DNA from: Takakia lepidozioides
Lineage: Eukaryota > Plantae > Bryophyta
Assembly: GCA_030704615.1 (NCBI GenBank)
Contig: CM060731.1
Location: forward strand, 52,576,001-52,640,000
Direction: 5' to 3'
DNA length: 64,000 nt
Part shown: in pieces, positions 59,201 through 64,000 of the stretch
How positions within the stretch are numbered: position 1 is the stretch's first letter
Layout: each line of letters begins with the position of its first letter
Translations under genes and position numbers: made by a program
Notes under the pieces: model-generated
Seen by the model: the letters and a program-made list of their open reading frames with translations, nothing else
What the model was told of the DNA's origin: nothing
The model's database searches: none

Positions 59201-61566
59201 CAGATATCCTCTAGAAATCCCTTCACACAAGCATCAATCTGCTGTGTGTGATTTGCCCAAAAACTAGGCCTCAGGAGGGCCTGGGCTTTTGGCTCAGCCT
59301 CGAGACTTTCAAAGTTGGTAAACAGGGGTACAGGCACAATTCCCTTAATAGATTTGAAGAGAGCGTCTCTTTGGTGAGAGAACCCCGGACAGTGTATCAG
59401 AAAATGAATACTGTCTTCAGATTGCCCACACAACGGGCAATTGCACTCTCCCTTTCCTCTCTGCTTCTGTTTGCTGTTCAAAGGTAGGCTTCCTGCCCTG
59501 AGTTTAAATTTCAGTCTAGTGCCGAGAGTGGGTAGACCCTTGAGGTCATCCAAGATGTCCTCCCCCATGTCACAGACTGGAAACAAGTTCAGGGAAGTTT
59601 CTGCCTAACTTCATTTTCATCAGACAATCTCATGGCAACAGACATGGCTGAGGACACTACAGCCTCTAAGTCAGATTTATCCAGCAGGGTCAAGACTTGC
59701 GGATCCAGGTCCAGGTCCTTGAGGATCTCTTCTACTCTCTTCTGCCAGGACTTAGCCTGTTTGACAGGGCGGTCCTGTTTCCAAGATATAGAGTCGATTA
59801 ATTTAGGATATCTGGTGTTGGGCATATGTTGCAGCTGACCCCACCATCTGACCTTGAATTCATCTCGTCGGGAGCTTAAGGACGGAATGCCAAACTCACC
59901 CCGAACAGCCACATTGGCTGTTTTGGAGCATGCTGACATACACTCCTTAAGCACCCCCACTTGAATGGATTCTAGAGACTTAGCCTGGTTGGAGTTATCA
60001 ACCCATATAGCAGATCCGTACTCCAAGGCAGGTCTAATAACGCAACAAAGCATGGTTTTCTTAACCTCAGAGTTGACCCCTCTGCAGTGGAAAAATTTAG
60101 TGAGCCCCAGAGCTTTGCCCTTGCCAGTTTGAACAACTTTCCGGATATGTGCATCCCAATTACAATTGGAGGAGAACTCAACGCCCAGGTAAGTGTAGGA
60201 AGGGAGGACCGGAAGTGAGACTGTAGGGAAGGAAGAACAGAGAAACATGTGCGGAACCTAACTGACCTGCTATCAGTTTCATCCCACTTCCAGGCAAAGC
60301 CTTACGGGAACCCCAGTGCCCAGCTAGCACTAGCCTCGCACCACAGCCTTGCAAATGTTGTATGGTTGGAAGTGTACACAAGAGCAAGCTTTCATCCACA
60401 ATTTGCCCATCCTGAATTCTCACATTAAGCTCGCATAGTACCATCACAACCCTCCCTGTCAATTTCTTAGGTGGGTACATCCTCAATGCCTCACGAGCCA
60501 GTGGAGATAATTCCCCCTCTAGCTGCACCATGTCTGCCTGTAAAAATCCAGTGAGGCCATAAAAAACAGAATTGGTGAGATCAACCATTTCCAAACTAAG
60601 GGCTTAGCAATTCCTACTTCAGCCACAATGATGACAAACACTAGCTGAAAGAGTACTTAAGAGTACTTATTGATGAGTTTCTACTATTTTCTGAAGAGCC
60701 AAAAACAGTGATCAAGACTAAAGCAAAATCTTACGGTCATCAGGTGCCAGAGCACATAAGTACTGGATGTGCTCCCGTTCAAGAGGCATTAACGGAAACC
60801 CAGAAGCTGTGAGTACACTATTATGGCTCCAATTTCAAAAAAGTGGGCAAACATTTCCTGGAACAACTTCAAAAAAAATGATGGAGAGAGGTAAATGTTT
60901 TTTCCTTCCCCAACCTCTTATGAAACTGTTCTAGAGACAATGCGAAATTGCCCGAGTTTGAAAGTTCTGGTCTAATTGCAGCTACCAAATCAGAGAAGTT
61001 GCAAATATTCACCTGCAATTCTGGGCCCGTAGTTGCCTGGCTTGTGAATGCGAAATGCTGCGATTGCTCTAGCCCTGTTTGAGGCATCAGCATTGTCATA
61101 TTTTGTGGAATTCTCGGTACAAGAAAAGAACGACAATCACTGACGGTCCATCTCCACCCTTCCCCAGCAAGGTAACATTTCAACTTGTGGAATGTTAAGA
61201 CAATTTGCAAGGAAAGCCATGGGGACCACTACGTAAATCTAACCCCGCCCACCCCCACCCCTCCCTCTGTCTCTCTCTCTCAAACACACATACACATACA
61301 ACCCTCTAAAATGTGTACGGCGCGTGTGTGAGAGAAAGAGTACCGGAGCTACAACGAGAGAATTGAAGAAGCGTCAATGCTCTTGGGCGTTTCTGCAGAG
61401 CTGAGCCAGACGCCAGTTTCCTCGGGTACCCTTTCCTGTTCCACACCAAGCAATCTATTGCGCAGCACTGATAGTTCGGCGTGGACATGCGCACCCTCTG
61501 CTGCTCGACTCTCACCATATCTGTTTGCCAACGTGGAGACGTTGGCAACGAAACTAGCACCACCAT
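53255..61566 (-). CDS. Plastid-targeted fusion of a degenerate phosphoglycerate-kinase-like domain and a C-terminal TrmB-like tRNA (guanine-N7) methyltransferase. Approximate exons: 61566-61344, 61170-61013, 60537-60267, 58560-58214, 57480-57189, 56730-56663, 55936-55685, 55470-55395, 55303-55224, 54693-54644, 54315-54231, 53936-53838, 53485-53255
   Basis: PGK-like motifs LLLESLR, VNDAFSLSHR, LLLPSDF, VDIG, WIGPVG and LPGVAALD continue in frame into TrmB motifs PLTIDIGSGSG, NFLGLEI, VKANA, IQCPDP, GKVFLQSDV and NPLGVPTDWE. Confidence 0.85.
55111..55163 (-). pseudogene. 53-bp piece of the DYW domain inserted in a PGK-TrmB intron
   Basis: Reverse complement equals 39408-39460 with one mismatch (CCIEVGNRVHTFVVDDK). 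Confidence 0.85.
59052..60240 (-). mobile_element. 5'-truncated non-LTR retrotransposon (RT C-terminal region plus CCHC), in a PGK-TrmB intron. Further short 3' tails at 54830-54902(+), 57050-57090(-), 57765-57830(+), 58652-58685(-), 58982-59044(-), 63774-63808(-)
   Basis: SYTYLGVEFS...WDAHI...IRPALEYGSAIW...LESIQ...AVRGEFG (post-RT region), then after a frameshift CPLCGQSEDSIHFLIHC. Confidence 0.9.
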
Positions 61567-63171
61567 CTCGTGCGCTGCACCACAGTAGTCACGGAAAGGC
61601 AGATGGAAAAAAGCTTTCAGGTCCCTCTCAAACTGCAAGCATTGCTGGGAACCAAGCTGGACGACGAGCCTAGGTTTCTAGTTTCTGGATTGGGGCCCAA
61701 ATCTTTGGTCCTTCAAACCATGGCTCGTCTCTTCCGAAGAGGGGAAGCTCGGGTACCTCTGATTCAATGCAAGCTCCAACCGAGAAGACGATGACTGTAG
61801 TCACATTACTCTGGTTACTGTGTGCATCATTCTTAGAATTGAGGATTTGTGCGTTGTGCGAATGCATAGCTCGTTCTTCACATCTGCCACACTCACATGT
61901 TGTTGCAAGCACTGCAAAGAATACTGGCATTTGTCACTACATCTGATGCTCAATGCACCTCAAGACACTTACTTAACTCTTCGTGAATGCCATGGCTTGC
62001 TCGAGTGGAGTTTGCAGAGGATGGTAACAGTGCAGTCAAATGCGTTGCTGCCAGGACAAGATCAAATTATGACACCAAGCTCAAAACAGAGGTAAGCTTT
62101 AGATCCAGTTCTCAGGGGATGCAAAGTGCAGGAGAACATCAGGCACCTAAAGAGAGACAGACCAGAATCTAGGCCCACAAGCACAACATTGGTCCTTGTT
62201 GTCACATTTTTGCCATCTTGATCATGATTCTGGTGTTCCTTAGTTTTTGGACTAAGGCTTGGCAAGTCTCAGAAGTATCAGCTGGGCAGTTCGACTGAAC
62301 TTTGTGGACCACCCACTGCAGTGAGACATAGCAAATGGCTTGATGCATTAGAAAACAAGAGAAGAAATGAGAATTTGAAAGAGCCATTGAACGAGAGAAC
62401 AGCCCCTTAGGGATAAAGAGAATGGGCAAAAGGGACAGATCTGACATGTAAGAGCTTCCAATCTGTGCCTGTCCACCCATCGGAGCCCTCTGTGGGCTTC
62501 CAGTGGATATTATGAAGTTCCTTACTTTCTCTTTCACTCTGTCTCTGCTTGCCTTAATTCCTCAACAGCGTGACTGGCATTACAACCCCAGCTATGTAAT
62601 GTCATATCAAGGAGCAGTGTTGGAATCCACCTCAAGCTTTCCTGTATGATGTCAGTACCAGCTCACACCAATCAGCTTTCAATTCCTGCAGCCTGGGGTG
62701 TACCAGTTTTGGACACTGCTCCATGTACCCTGGGTAACTGAAAACCCACATTTGGATCTCAAGAAAGTTTGTATCCCCAGGTATGGTAAACCAGTATGCA
62801 CAGGGAAATGTGAACAAGGACGTTGTGTCTATCTCTACCCTATTTCATTCAATGGATACATACGCTCATAGAAAACACCACTGAGCAACTCTCTCCCTCT
62901 TGAGACCGGGCAAGTCCCAGTGGATAATCTATTCACAACTAGCTAGAAAGGTTACTATTAACTAATGACTAAAGTTACAAGTCTTGGGTAAATAATGGTC
63001 CTCGCCGATGCTTACTCGGTAATTTCTGGCCACAGACCTAAGCCAATCTCTTGAACAAGATTTTGTGCCACATACAGAACGTTTACATAGCCACAAAACA
63101 AATGCCAGCAAAACATTTCTACAGTTCCAAAAGGTTCTGAAACAAAACGTGTGGACAAACATGTACAGACA

Positions 63172-64000
63172 TCAACCACAAGGTGTTAGCTTCTTGTTTC
63201 CAGCCCCCCTGGGATGCTCATCCTTCCAGTCATCCCATGCCCGGGCCTTATCCTCAGCAGCTTCATCATCGCTATCATCACTCTTTTTAGAATCTCCCAC
63301 CCACGACGAGTTGGCAGCCTCATCAGCAGTCTTCTGGTTCTTTTCATTCCAAGTGCGCATCATCTCCATCTCTGCCAGACCAGCGTCCTCGATACTCATG
63401 CCAGGTAACCTGCAAGTTGACAATATGAATACTCACATCCAAATTGTTCCAGCAATAGTAGCACACATACATAAAGGCATTTCCCAGAGACACACATAAC
63501 CTGTAAAACTGCATGAGTGAGTGCATGCCAGTTTGCACAATACTCATACGGGTCGTCTCAACTTTTATACTAATGATTACACGCATAACACCTGCAAAGC
63601 CAATTATGTGAGAGAGCACTATACTGCATCAGCTACTGATTTAACTTGCACGCCCATGCGTTGTGGCCATAAGACCATGAACCTGGTGTGGACAGAGTAG
63701 CATAAAGGGGGATGGGAGAGGAGCAGAGCAGAACAGGGTCTACTATATAGAAGGCTCACTTGACAGAACCAAGAGAATGTACTCATGAGACATTGTGTGC
63801 ATAGCCTTGCCTGTGGCTGGGTTGAAACACTTCAGCTACAATGCGTTCACGTTCTGTCGAAAGGCTACCACTGACAACACTGGCAGGCCCAAAAAGGAAG
63901 GGGGCTTCGTGGGTGTGCTGGTGACCTTGCTGTATGCTGGCCCGCCCCTCTATGACGTCCTGTGCATATGTCGCACAGGTGATTGGAAGTGCTGGCCTTG
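63172..64000 (-). CDS. TAP46: TAP46 / alpha4 PP2A-associated regulatory subunit, last two exons (>64000-63811, 63409-63172)
   Basis: PITCATYAQDVIEGRA...FGPASVVSGSLSTERERIVAEVFQPSHR|LPGMSIEDAG...KARAWDDWKDEHPRGAGNKKLTPCG*. Confidence 0.92.

Overview
Eukaryotic nuclear DNA from a non-seed land plant, probably a bryophyte (inferred from intron-rich genes, a moss-type PLS-DYW editing factor and the repeat landscape). Genes: starch synthase II (+, 8 exons); a cyanobacterial-type M16 zinc peptidase with a twin-arginine (Tat) lumen signal (-, 13 exons); a PLS-PPR-E-DYW RNA-editing factor (+); a clade-F-like PP2C (-); a DUF1118/RIQ2-like thylakoid protein (+); a degenerate PGK-like/TrmB-like tRNA m7G methyltransferase fusion (-); and the 3' end of TAP46 (-). 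The most unusual part is about 22.6-42.7 kb. The DYW gene has up to three N-terminal OSB-type PDF (ssDNA-binding) motifs. Its PPR array is built from ~5 nearly identical 303-bp P-L-S units whose few differences are enriched at the nucleotide-specifying residues. It is surrounded by an inverted copy of its 5' end and a scrambled set of PPR/PDF fragments. Those fragments carry both S-motif specificity alleles and lie inside a 7.3-kb CACTA element with TIRs and a TSD. A neighbouring hAT element with nested cargo, a copied piece of the M16 gene, and many 3' tails of one LINE family are also present. Exon boundaries were read by eye and may be off by a few bases.
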